DNA from: Pseudomonadota bacterium
Lineage (GTDB): Bacteria; Myxococcota_A; UBA9160; PR03
DNA: 64,000 bases
Assembly (NCBI GenBank): GCA_003576805.1
Contig: QEVM01000002.1
Location: 5,666-69,665, forward strand
Direction: 5' to 3'
The position numbers and the translations under genes were made by a program. This document shows positions 55,941-64,000 of the stretch, in pieces. Each line of letters starts with the position of its first letter. The stretch's first letter is position 1. The notes below the pieces were generated by a model. It ran no database searches. It was not told where the DNA came from and saw nothing but the letters and a program-made list of their open reading frames with translations.

Positions 55941-58061
55941 GTGTCCGATCCTAGCGGCATGGCTCCCGAGCAAGCGCGCCCGACGCCCCGCCCCGACTGG
56001 TTCCTCAATCGCGAGCTCTCGTGGCTCGCCTTCAACCGCCGGGTGCTCGACGAGGCGCAGGACGCCGGCAACCCGCTGCTCGAACGCGTGAAGTTCCTTT
56101 CGATCGTGGACTCCAACCTCTCGGAGTTCTTCGAGATCCGCGTCGCCGGTCTGCGCCAGCAGGCGGAGGCCGGCATCACCGTGCGCGAGCCGGACGGCAT
56201 GACGCCCGCGCAGGCGCTCGAGGCGATCGGCCGCGTCGCGCGCGAGCAGGTGCGCGAGCTGTACGCCTGCTGGAACGACGGGCTCAAGCCCGCGCTCGAG
56301 AAGGAGGGCGTCGACTTCCCGCACCCGGAGCGCCTGCCCGCCGCGCAGCAAACCTGGCTGCGCGAGCACTTCCACCGCGAGATCTTCCCGGTCCTGACGC
56401 CGATCGCGCTCGACCCCGCGCACCCGTTCCCGTTCGTCGCGAGCGGCAGCCTCAACATCGCCGCGCTGCTCGACACCGACGACCCGGAGGAGCCGGTGCG
56501 GCTCGCGGTCGTGCAGGTGCCGCGCGTGATGGCGCGCGTGTTCCGCGTGCCGGGCGGCGAGGCCGGCCGGCGCACCTACGTGTTCCTCGCCGACGTGATC
56601 CGCTGGCAGCTCCCCGAGCTGTTCGCCGGCGCGAAGATCCTCGACCACACCGCCTTCCGCGTGACGCGCAACTCGAACCTGTACGTCGACGAGGAGGAGG
56701 TCGAGAACCTGCTCACCGCGATCGAGCAGGAGCTGCGGCGCCGCCGCCGCGGCGATCCGGTGCGGCTCGAGGTGCGCGCACCCGTCGGCGAGCGGCTGCG
56801 CCAGGAGCTGCTCGAGGTGCTCGACCTCGAGGCGCGCGATCTGTACGAGTGCGCGGGCCCGGTCAACATCTCGCGCCTCTCCCAGCTCCTCGACTACGAG
56901 TCGGACGCGCGGCTCGCCGCGCCGCGCTTCGTCGCGCCGCTGCACCCCGCGCTGCGCGAGCCGACCAAGCTGTTCCCGACGATCCGCGCCGGCGACCTGC
57001 TGCTGCACCACCCGTTCGACTCGTTCGAGAGCGTGGTGGACTTCCTCGAGCAGGCGGCGCAGGACCCGCGCGTGCTCGCGATCAAGCAGACGCTCTACCG
57101 CACGACCGAGGACTCGCCGATCGCGCGCGCGCTGCTCGAGGCCGCCGAGCGCGGCAAGCAGGTGACCGCGCTGGTCGAGATCAAGGCGCGCTTCGACGAG
57201 GAGAAGAACATCCGCTGGGCGCGCCGCATGGAGGAGGCGGGCGTCCAGATCGTGTACGGCCTGGTCGGCCTGAAGACGCACTGCAAGCTGATGCTCGCGG
57301 TGCGGCGCGAAGAGGACGGCATCCGCCGCTACGCGCACATCGGCACGGGCAACTACAACCACACGACCGCGCGCCAGTACACCGACTTCGGCCTGTTCAC
57401 CGCCGACCCGGACGTCACCGCCGAGGTGGCGAGCGTCTTCAATTTGCTGACGAGCCTCTCGTCGCGCGAGCGCTGGACGCACCTCATGGTGGCGCCCTTC
57501 ACGCTGCGCACGGGCCTGCTCGACCGCATCGGGCGCGAGGCCGAGAACGCGCGCGCCGGCCGGCCGGCCTCGATCGTCGCGAAGCTCAACGCGATCCAGG
57601 ACGAGGAGATCATCGAGGCGCTCTACAGCGCGTCGCAGGCGGGCGTCGAGATCGACCTCGTGGTGCGCGGCATCTGCACGCTGCGGCCCGGCGTGCCGGG
57701 GCTCTCCGAGCGCATCCGCGTGCGCTCCATCGTGGACCGCTTCCTCGAGCACACGCGCGTCGTGCGCTTCGAGAACGCCGGCGCGCGCGAGCTGTGGATC
57801 GGCAGCGCCGACTGGATGCCGCGCAACCTGCGCGGCCGCGTCGAGGTGATGTGCCGGATCCGCTCCGAAGCGGTCGTGCAGCGTCTCGAGGAGATCCTCG
57901 ACGTCTACCGGCACGACGACGTGAAGGCGCGCGAGCTCGGCCCCGACGGCGTGTACCGCCGCGTGCCGGCGTCGACGGGCGTCCGCGCGCAGGAGTGGCT
58001 GATGCAGCGCGCGCTCGCGGCCGCGGCGCTGCCGATCGCGGCCACGCGCCCCGGAGAGTGA
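55941..58061 (+). CDS. ppk: Polyphosphate kinase 1
   Basis: 706 aa. Has FLNRELSWLAFNRRVLDEAQDAGNPLLERVKFLSIVDSNLSEFFEIRVAGL and two PLD-like C-domains (HCKLMLAVRRE). The start is GTG 55941 or ATG 55959. Confidence 0.95.
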   Translation: MSDPSGMAPEQARPTPRPDWFLNRELSWLAFNRRVLDEAQDAGNPLLERVKFLSIVDSNLSEFFEIRVAGLRQQAEAGITVREPDGMTPAQALEAIGRVAREQVRELYACWNDGLKPALEKEGVDFPHPERLPAAQQTWLREHFHREIFPVLTPIALDPAHPFPFVASGSLNIAALLDTDDPEEPVRLAVVQVPRVMARVFRVPGGEAGRRTYVFLADVIRWQLPELFAGAKILDHTAFRVTRNSNLYVDEEEVENLLTAIEQELRRRRRGDPVRLEVRAPVGERLRQELLEVLDLEARDLYECAGPVNISRLSQLLDYESDARLAAPRFVAPLHPALREPTKLFPTIRAGDLLLHHPFDSFESVVDFLEQAAQDPRVLAIKQTLYRTTEDSPIARALLEAAERGKQVTALVEIKARFDEEKNIRWARRMEEAGVQIVYGLVGLKTHCKLMLAVRREEDGIRRYAHIGTGNYNHTTARQYTDFGLFTADPDVTAEVASVFNLLTSLSSRERWTHLMVAPFTLRTGLLDRIGREAENARAGRPASIVAKLNAIQDEEIIEALYSASQAGVEIDLVVRGICTLRPGVPGLSERIRVRSIVDRFLEHTRVVRFENAGARELWIGSADWMPRNLRGRVEVMCRIRSEAVVQRLEEILDVYRHDDVKARELGPDGVYRRVPASTGVRAQEWLMQRALAAAALPIAATRPGE

Positions 58062-58089
58062 GCGCGGCGCGCGGCCGCGCGCGCCCGCG

Positions 58090-59469
58090 CTACTGCGCCG
58101 GAACGCGCTGCGCCGCGCCGTCGCGCAGCGCGAGCTGGTCGCGGATCTGCTCGTGCCGCCGCCGCGTCAGCGGATAGGCGCGCAGCAGCAGCACGCCGGC
58201 CACCAGGAAGAACGCGGGCGCGGCGCCCGTCATCCAGCGGATCGCCTCGCGCGCGGTCTCGCTCTGCTCGGCGCCCTTGCGGTAGCCGACCAAGTCGAGG
58301 ATCGACATCACCAGGAACACTCCGAGCGCGCCGCCGAGCTTGCGCAGGAAGGTGAAGACGCCGTTGTAGAGCCCCTCGCGGCGCTCGCCGGTCTCGAGGT
58401 CGTCCTGGTCGATCACCTCGCCGAGCATCGACCACGGCATCAGATCGACGACCGCGTAGCCGACGCCGACGACCGGCACGTAGGCGAAGATCACCCAGCG
58501 CGGCCACTCGGGCGTGATCCACACCAGGCCGAGCGACGTCACCGCCCACCACAGCGAGCCGATCGTGAACACCTCGGCCTTGTCGCGGCCCTGCGAGAGG
58601 CGCAGCCAGAAGGGCAGGGCGAGCACCACCGAGGACAGGAACAGGATCATCACGAGCTCGAAGTCGTCGGGGCGCAGCAGCCAGAAGGTCGTGTAGAGGA
58701 TCAGCAGCGCGCCGGCGAGGTCCATCGCGATGCGGCCCATGATGTAGACGAGCGTGAGCTGCAGGAAGGTGCGGTGGAAGAAGACGACCTTCAGGCTCTC
58801 GAAGTGACCCTGCTCGGACGGGCGCGTGCGGAACTCGGGGCGCTCGAAGGTGACGCGGTGCACGGCGATCCAGGGCAGCGCCATCGCCACGCCGAAGATC
58901 GCGCCCGCCGTCGCGAAGCCCTCCTTGCCGCCGCCGAGCGCCTCCGCGACCGGCCGCACCGCGACCGCCGCGAACACGCCGACGAGCGAGCCCAGCGTGC
59001 GATAGGTGTTGAGCGACGTGCGCGCGTCGTAGTCGGTCGCCATCTCCGGCAGGATCGCCATGTACGGCACCGTGAGGACCGTCATCGAGAGCGCGTGCAC
59101 CAGGTAGATCGCGGTGTAGTAGGCGAAGCGGCCCTCGGTGGACGCGAACGGCGCGTCCACCCAGAGCAGCCAGAACGAGACGCCGTAGGGGATCGCGCCG
59201 ATCAGGAACCACGGCCGGCGCCGCCCGCCGCGCCACGGCGTGCGGTCGCTGATGCGGCCCATCAGCGGATCGGCGAAGGCGTCGAGCGCGCGCGCGATCA
59301 GCGGCACCAGGCCCGCGAGCGCCGCGCGCAGGTCCACCACCTGGGGCAGGAAGTACGAGGCGTAGATCAGCGAGAGCGCCGCGAGCGAGGTGTTGATGGT
59401 GACGTCGCCGAGCGCGTAGACGCTCTTGCGCGCCGGCGTGAGCGGCGGGTGGCGGCCGGCGTCGTTCAC
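58090..59469 (-). CDS. MFS transporter, glycoside-pentoside-hexuronide (GPH/MFS_2) type
   Basis: GTG at 59469 overlaps the xth stop (GTGA). Has DAFADPLMGRISDRTPWRGGRRRPWFLIGAIP, the GPH loop 2-3 motif. 459 aa. Confidence 0.85.
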   Translation of the reverse strand: MNDAGRHPPLTPARKSVYALGDVTINTSLAALSLIYASYFLPQVVDLRAALAGLVPLIARALDAFADPLMGRISDRTPWRGGRRRPWFLIGAIPYGVSFWLLWVDAPFASTEGRFAYYTAIYLVHALSMTVLTVPYMAILPEMATDYDARTSLNTYRTLGSLVGVFAAVAVRPVAEALGGGKEGFATAGAIFGVAMALPWIAVHRVTFERPEFRTRPSEQGHFESLKVVFFHRTFLQLTLVYIMGRIAMDLAGALLILYTTFWLLRPDDFELVMILFLSSVVLALPFWLRLSQGRDKAEVFTIGSLWWAVTSLGLVWITPEWPRWVIFAYVPVVGVGYAVVDLMPWSMLGEVIDQDDLETGERREGLYNGVFTFLRKLGGALGVFLVMSILDLVGYRKGAEQSETAREAIRWMTGAAPAFFLVAGVLLLRAYPLTRRRHEQIRDQLALRDGAAQRVPAQ

Positions 59470-60275
59470 GCGACGACCGCGGCGTCGAGCTCGACGCCGG
59501 CCGGGCAGTGGTCGGAGCCGCGCACGTGCGGCTCGATCCAGGCGCCGGTCGCGAACTTCATCGCGGCGGGCGAGGCGAGCACGTAGTCGATGCGCCAGCC
59601 GACGTTGCGCTCGCGCGCGCCGATGCGCTGGCTCCACCACGTGTAGTGGCCCGGCTCCGACACGAAGCTGCGGAACACGTCGACCCAGCCCGCCGCGAGC
59701 CAGCGGTCGATCTCGGCGCGCTCCTCGGGCAGGAAGCCGCTCGTCGTCTGGTTGCTGCGCGGGTTGGCGAGGTCGATCTCGCGGTGCGCGGTGTTGAAGT
59801 CGCCCAGCACGAGCACGCGCAGGCCCGCGCGCCGCAGGCGCTCGGCGCGCTCGAAGAGCGCGCGGTAGAAGCCGAGCTTGTACGGCACCCGGCTGTTGTC
59901 GCGGTCGCGCCCGCTGCCCTTCGGGAAGTAGGCGTTCGCGACGGCCAGCCGGCCCCAGCGGCCGACGAGGAGCCGGCCCTCGACGTCGAAGCGCGCGTCG
60001 CCGAGCGCGCGGAAGCTCGCGTCCGGCTTGCGGCGCGCGTAGAGCGCGACGCCGCTGTAGCCGCGCCGCTCCGCGGGCGCGAACTCGGCGTGCCAGCCGC
60101 GCGGCGCGCGCACGTCGGGCGGCAGCTCGTCCGGCAGCGCGCGCACCTCCTGGAGGCCGACGACGTCCGCGCGCGAGCCCGCCAGCCAGTCGGCGAAGCC
60201 CTTGCGCGCGCACGCGCGCAGGCCGTTCACGTTCCAGGTGACGATGCGGAGCGTCCGGCGCCGCGGCCCGCTCAT
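59466..60275 (-). CDS. xth: Exodeoxyribonuclease III
   Basis: ATG at 60275. Motifs LRIVTWNVNGLRA, VVGLQEV, GDFNTAH, RIDYVL and SDHCP. Confidence 0.93.
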   Translation of the reverse strand: MSGPRRRTLRIVTWNVNGLRACARKGFADWLAGSRADVVGLQEVRALPDELPPDVRAPRGWHAEFAPAERRGYSGVALYARRKPDASFRALGDARFDVEGRLLVGRWGRLAVANAYFPKGSGRDRDNSRVPYKLGFYRALFERAERLRRAGLRVLVLGDFNTAHREIDLANPRSNQTTSGFLPEERAEIDRWLAAGWVDVFRSFVSEPGHYTWWSQRIGARERNVGWRIDYVLASPAAMKFATGAWIEPHVRGSDHCPAGVELDAAVVA

Positions 60276-60586
60276 CCGCGTTCCGCGCAGGTGCGCGCGA
60301 TCGCGCCGAACACCGCGAGGATCAGCCACAGCGCCGCGACGCCGAGCCGCAGCGGGTTCGTCGCGCGCGGCGTCTCCTGCGCCTCTTCGGGCGCGTTCTC
60401 GGGGAAGGAGCGCACCATCTCTTCTTCCTGCGCCGCCGCGATCTCGCGCGCGGAGAGGCTCGTCGCGCCGCCCGGCCGGACGGGCATCACGCGCCCGCCG
60501 CAGTGCAGGCATTGCTTCGTGCCGGGCGGGTGCGAAACGTGGCACGCCGGGCACCAGGCTTCGTGCAGGTAGCCGGCGTCCGTCAT
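60272..60586 (-). CDS. Small Zn-ribbon protein with a C-terminal TM helix
   Basis: 104 aa. CPACHVSHPPGTKQCLHCGG plus LRLGVAALWLILAVFGAI. Both ends overlap their neighbours by 4 bp (ATGA), which supports a real coupled cistron. Confidence 0.5.
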   Translation of the reverse strand: MTDAGYLHEAWCPACHVSHPPGTKQCLHCGGRVMPVRPGGATSLSAREIAAAQEEEMVRSFPENAPEEAQETPRATNPLRLGVAALWLILAVFGAIARTCAERG

Positions 60587-61164
60587 GCCGCGAGCCGGAT
60601 CGCGCCGGCCGCGAGCAGGCGCCGCACCTTGAGACCGAGGCGCAGCACGCTGTCGTCGTCGGCGACGTCTTCGAGCGCGTCCATCTCGAACCAGTCGAGC
60701 GCGTGCGACTCGTCGCTCGCCGCGACGGTCTGCCCCGGCGCAGCGACCAGCACGAAGCGGACGTCGTGGTGCTCGTGGCGCGGCTCGGCGCCGCGCGCGG
60801 GGATCGCGTGCACGTCGACGTCCACCGGCACCGGCGCGTCGGCGGCGTAGCCGAAGTGCAGCCGCGCGAGGCCCGACTCCTCGCGCGCCTCGCGCAGCGC
60901 GACCGCGGCGACGTCCGGGTCGCCGTCGGCGTGTCCGCCGAGCTGCAGCCAGCGGCCGAGCTTGCGGTGGTGCGTCAGCAGGAAGCGGCGCCCGTCGGGC
61001 GAGAGCACCCAGGCCGACGCCGTCACGTGTCCCGGCGCGCACGTGCGCAGGAAGCAGTCGGCGTGCGTCTCGACGAGCGCGCGCACGCGGTCGGCGCACG
61101 CCGCTTCCTCCGGATGCGCGGCGCGGTAGCGCGCGAGCAGATCGAGCAGGGCCTTTCGGTGCAA
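60583..61164 (-). CDS. NUDIX hydrolase
   Basis: 193 aa. Nudix box GGHADGDPDVAAVALREAREESGL. Confidence 0.85.
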   Translation of the reverse strand: MHRKALLDLLARYRAAHPEEAACADRVRALVETHADCFLRTCAPGHVTASAWVLSPDGRRFLLTHHRKLGRWLQLGGHADGDPDVAAVALREAREESGLARLHFGYAADAPVPVDVDVHAIPARGAEPRHEHHDVRFVLVAAPGQTVAASDESHALDWFEMDALEDVADDDSVLRLGLKVRRLLAAGAIRLAA

Positions 61165-61223
61165 CGGCGCCTCGCAGGTCGGGCTCGCGGCGATCCTAGC
61201 TTGCGCGCGGAGCGCGCAGCCAG

Positions 61224-61811
61224 CTACTTCAGCTCGGCCGCGCTCTGGATGATGCTGCCGACGAGGCCGTACGCGCGCGCCTCCTCCGGGCCCATCCAGA
61301 AGTTGCGGTCGGTGTCCTCCGCGACCTTCTCGAGCGGCTGGCCGGTGGCGTCGGCGATCGCCTGGTTGAGCCGCGCGCGCGCGCGCAGCAGCTCCTCGGC
61401 CTCGATGTGGATGTCGGAGGCGCGGCCGTGCGCGCCGCCCATCGGCTGGTGGATCATGAAGCGCGTGTTCGGCAGCGCGAAGCGGCGCTCGCGCGGCGCC
61501 GCGATGTAGATGTGCACGCCCGCGCTCGCGACCCAGCCGGTGCCGACGATGCGCACCGGCGCCTCGACGTAGCGGATCATGTCGTGGATCGAGTCGCCGG
61601 CCTCGACGTGCCCGCCCTCGGAGTGCAGGAAGATCGTGATCGGGTCGTTCGAATCCGAGGCGAGCGCCAGCAGCTGCGCGGTCACGGCCTGGGCGACCTT
61701 CGAGGTGATCTCGCCGTGGATCAGCACGGTGCGGGCCTTCAGCAGCCGCTCCGCGATCTGCGGCTGCAGCACCGCGAACGACGGGGTCACCTCCTCCTCA
61801 CGGCCGGCCAT
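61224..61811 (-). CDS. clpP: ClpP-family serine protease subunit (divergent N-terminus)
   Basis: 195 aa. Triad contexts GWVASAG (Ser), MIHQP (His) and DTDRNFWM (Asp). It lacks the canonical N-terminal VPxVIEQ..RGER axial-loop sequence. Confidence 0.85.
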   Translation of the reverse strand: MAGREEEVTPSFAVLQPQIAERLLKARTVLIHGEITSKVAQAVTAQLLALASDSNDPITIFLHSEGGHVEAGDSIHDMIRYVEAPVRIVGTGWVASAGVHIYIAAPRERRFALPNTRFMIHQPMGGAHGRASDIHIEAEELLRARARLNQAIADATGQPLEKVAEDTDRNFWMGPEEARAYGLVGSIIQSAAELK

Positions 61812-61851
61812 CGGGTCCCTCCTGGCTCTTCGGGGGCGCCCAGCCTAACCG

Positions 61852-62712
61852 ATGCGCCGGGCCCCGGACATCGCGGCGGACGCTGCCGCGCGGCTCGGGT
61901 ACATTGGCTCGCCCGCTGGAGGTCGACCCCCCTTGACCCCCTCTCGCAACATCGCCCGCGCCCGCGCGGGACGCCGCCGCCCGTGGTGGACGTCGCTGTC
62001 CGACGAGGCGCTGCTCGACGTGCCGCTCGCGAAGCTCGGGCTCACGATCGCCGGCTCGCGACTCGAGCCGCTGCTCGCGCGCCTCGGCCGCGAGCTCGAG
62101 CGCGCCGGCATCCGCCGCTTCCGCCCGCACGCGTGGCTCTCGACCGGCTGGTTCACGCCGCACGGCATGACCGGCTTCGCGATCCCGTTCTACGCGGCGC
62201 ACCCGCGCCTCGTCGTGCTCGAGCGGCGCATGATCGGCTACGCGGAAGGCGGCGACGCGATGGGCTGCATGCGCATCCTGCGCCACGAGGCGGGGCACGC
62301 GATCGACAACGCGTATCGCCTGCACCGCCGCGCGAGCTGGCGTTCGCACTTCGGTCCGTTCGGCGAGCCGTATCGCTCGACCTATCGCCCGCGCGGCGAC
62401 CGCGCGCAGTTCGTCGAGAACATCGGACACGGCTACGCGACCAGCCATCCGTGCGAGGACTGGGCGGAGACGTTCGCGGTGTGGCTCGCGCCCGGCTCGC
62501 GCTGGCGCACGCGCTACGCGGGATTGCCGGCGCTGCGCAAGCTCTGCTACGTCAACGAGCTGGTGCACGAGATTCGAGACCTTCCCCCCGTGGTGCACGT
62601 CCGGGAGCGCGTCGATCCCCTCGCCGAGCAGCGCGCGACTCTTCGGGAGTACTACGCGCGCAAGGGCACCAAGCTCGGACGTGCCCGCCTGCGAGGGGAG
62701 TTCCTGCGATGA
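61852..62712 (+). CDS. Putative zinc-binding metallopeptidase (HExxH; Peptidase_Mx-like)
   Basis: LRHEAGHAIDNAY and HPCEDWAETFAVWL. The start is uncertain; an alternative is in-frame TTG at 61933. Confidence 0.7.
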   Translation: MRRAPDIAADAAARLGYIGSPAGGRPPLTPSRNIARARAGRRRPWWTSLSDEALLDVPLAKLGLTIAGSRLEPLLARLGRELERAGIRRFRPHAWLSTGWFTPHGMTGFAIPFYAAHPRLVVLERRMIGYAEGGDAMGCMRILRHEAGHAIDNAYRLHRRASWRSHFGPFGEPYRSTYRPRGDRAQFVENIGHGYATSHPCEDWAETFAVWLAPGSRWRTRYAGLPALRKLCYVNELVHEIRDLPPVVHVRERVDPLAEQRATLREYYARKGTKLGRARLRGEFLR

Positions 62713-63737
62713 AGCAGCTGCGAGTCCTGGTCCTGACGCACGCCGACCTGGTGCCACCGGACTCGCTCGAAGGACGCAGCGAACGCGAGATCGCGCTCTG
62801 GCGCAAGGAGTACGACGTCTGCGCCGGGCTGCGCGAGCTGGGCCATGAGGTGCAGGTGCTCGGCGTGTCGCACGACCTCGCGCCGATCCGCCAGCACGTC
62901 GAGGGCTTCCAGCCGGACGTGGTGTTCCAGCTCCTGATGGAGTTCCAGGACGTCGCGGTCTACCAGGCGCACGTGACCGGCTACCTCGAGCTGCTGCGCG
63001 TCCCGTACGCCGGCTGCAACCCGCGCGGCCTGCTGCTCGCGCGCGACAAGGCGCTCTCCAAGCTGCTCTTCCGCGTGCACCGCATCCCGACGCCGGGCTT
63101 CGTGGTGTTCCCGCGCGAACGCAAGATCCGCGTGCCCAAGAAGCTCGACTACCCGCGCATCGTGAAGTCGGTGGACGAGGAGGCCTCGCTCGGCATCGCG
63201 CAGGCGTCGATCGTCTACGACGAGGAGAAGCTGCGCGAGCGCGTCGCCTTCGTGCACCGGCGCGTCGGCACCGACGCGATCGCCGAGCAGTACGTCGCGG
63301 GCCGCGAGCTCACGATCGGCGTGCTCGGCAACGACCGCCTGACGACGTTCCCCGTCTGGGAGATGTTCTTCGAGAACCTGCCCGAGGGCGCGGAGCCGAT
63401 CGCGACGGCGCGCGTCAAGTGGGACCCCGACTATCAGAAGCGCGTCGGGATCGAGACCGGCCCGGCCGAGAAGGTCGCGCCCGAGAAGGCGGCGGAGATC
63501 GCGCGCATCGCCAAGCGCACCGTGCGCGCGCTCGGCCTCTCGGGCTACGCGCGCATCGACCTGCGCCTCACCGAGGACGGCCGCCTCTACGTGATCGAGG
63601 CCAACCCCAACCCGGACTTGACGCGCGACGAGGACTTCGCGCGCTCGGCCGCCGACGCGGGGCTCGACTACCCGTCGCTGCTCCAGCGCATCCTGCTGCT
63701 CGGGCTGCGCCACCCGTCGCCCTGGAAGGCGAACTAG
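62709..63737 (+). CDS. ATP-grasp ligase, D-alanine--D-alanine ligase-like family
   Basis: ATG at 62709 overlaps the previous stop (ATGA). 342 aa. Has MKQLRVLVLTHADLVPPDSLEG and ATP-grasp motifs YPRIVKSVDEEASLGI, EQYVAGRELTIGVLG, ARIDLRL and YVIEANPNPD. Confidence 0.85.
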   Translation: MKQLRVLVLTHADLVPPDSLEGRSEREIALWRKEYDVCAGLRELGHEVQVLGVSHDLAPIRQHVEGFQPDVVFQLLMEFQDVAVYQAHVTGYLELLRVPYAGCNPRGLLLARDKALSKLLFRVHRIPTPGFVVFPRERKIRVPKKLDYPRIVKSVDEEASLGIAQASIVYDEEKLRERVAFVHRRVGTDAIAEQYVAGRELTIGVLGNDRLTTFPVWEMFFENLPEGAEPIATARVKWDPDYQKRVGIETGPAEKVAPEKAAEIARIAKRTVRALGLSGYARIDLRLTEDGRLYVIEANPNPDLTRDEDFARSAADAGLDYPSLLQRILLLGLRHPSPWKAN

Positions 63738-63793
63738 CTGGATTCGGTCCGGGGATCCGTGGCAGGATCGGCCGCGCTGCACCGGAGGTCCCC

Positions 63794-64000
63794 GTGACGC
63801 CGATCCCGCGCGTTATCGCCGCCTGCGCCGTTCTCGTCACGACCGCGTCGCTCTGCGCCAGCGACGCGCTGGCGTGGCAGTCTCACTATCTGCGCGCGCA
63901 GGCGGGCAACAGCTTCCAGGTCGAGTCGACGAGCACGCCGAGCGAGACGTCGGTGGAGAAGCTGAACCAGACCGGCGTGGCGGGCGTCGACGACTACGTC
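63794..64000 (+). CDS. Possible secreted protein, N-terminal fragment (runs off the right edge)
   Basis: GTG at 63794 preceded by GGAGG. Reads VTPIPRVIAACAVLVTTASLCASDALA (signal-peptide-like), then an open frame to the window end. Confidence 0.35.
   Translation, partial: MTPIPRVIAACAVLVTTASLCASDALAWQSHYLRAQAGNSFQVESTSTPSETSVEKLNQTGVAGVDDYV

Overview
This is a very GC-rich bacterial chromosomal segment (GC not computed), densely coded on both strands. It comes from a diderm organism: it has a tripartite RND pump, lipobox lipoproteins and five PEP-CTERM-tagged secreted proteins. The lineage cannot be proven from this window. I support about 58 protein genes, two arrays of a structured repeat plus one intragenic relic of it, one sigma-54-type promoter, one terminator-like hairpin and two candidate operators. 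I saw no rRNA, tRNA, CRISPR array, transposase, integrase or prophage gene.

Gene content, left to right:
- tetR, then an MFP-RND-OMP efflux operon with ppk2 at its tail
- amtB-glnK
- a lipoprotein, ABM monooxygenase and antiporter string
- PEP-CTERM proteins
- a B12-radical-SAM, PEP-CTERM, amidase, SDR string
- a four-gene overlapping operon (NTF2-like, thioesterase, molybdopterin oxidoreductase, dimethylformamidase-large-subunit-like)
- dps and oxyR, divergent
- a DUF35, thiolase, phosphoesterase operon invaded by repeats
- a hydrolase-cyclase fusion
- PhyH dioxygenase with a MATE pump
- gpx, Rieske protein and Prx5
- acyl-CoA dehydrogenase and nitroreductase
- an LTD protein
- hslO
- a divergent catabolic locus built mostly of poorly characterised families (APC permease, DHDPS-like, OYE, XI-like TIM barrel, 2-hydroxyacid dehydrogenase, facing DUF2264 and a 681-aa unknown)
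- a lipoprotein paralogue of that unknown next to a lipoprotein sulfatase
- ppk1
- a NUDIX, Zn-ribbon, xth, MFS operon
- a divergent ClpP facing a Zn-peptidase and ATP-grasp pair

Best candidates for something undescribed:
1. A 95-bp hairpin repeat family that fills the intercistronic gaps of one operon and has left an in-frame relic inside the molybdoenzyme gene.
2. The Mo-enzyme / DMFase-like operon.
3. The locus with cytoplasmic and exported paralogues plus a sulfatase.
4. The ClpP / Zn-peptidase / ATP-grasp trio.

All functional calls rest on my reading of motifs in the supplied translations. No database search was run. Many start codons are GTG or TTG and remain uncertain.
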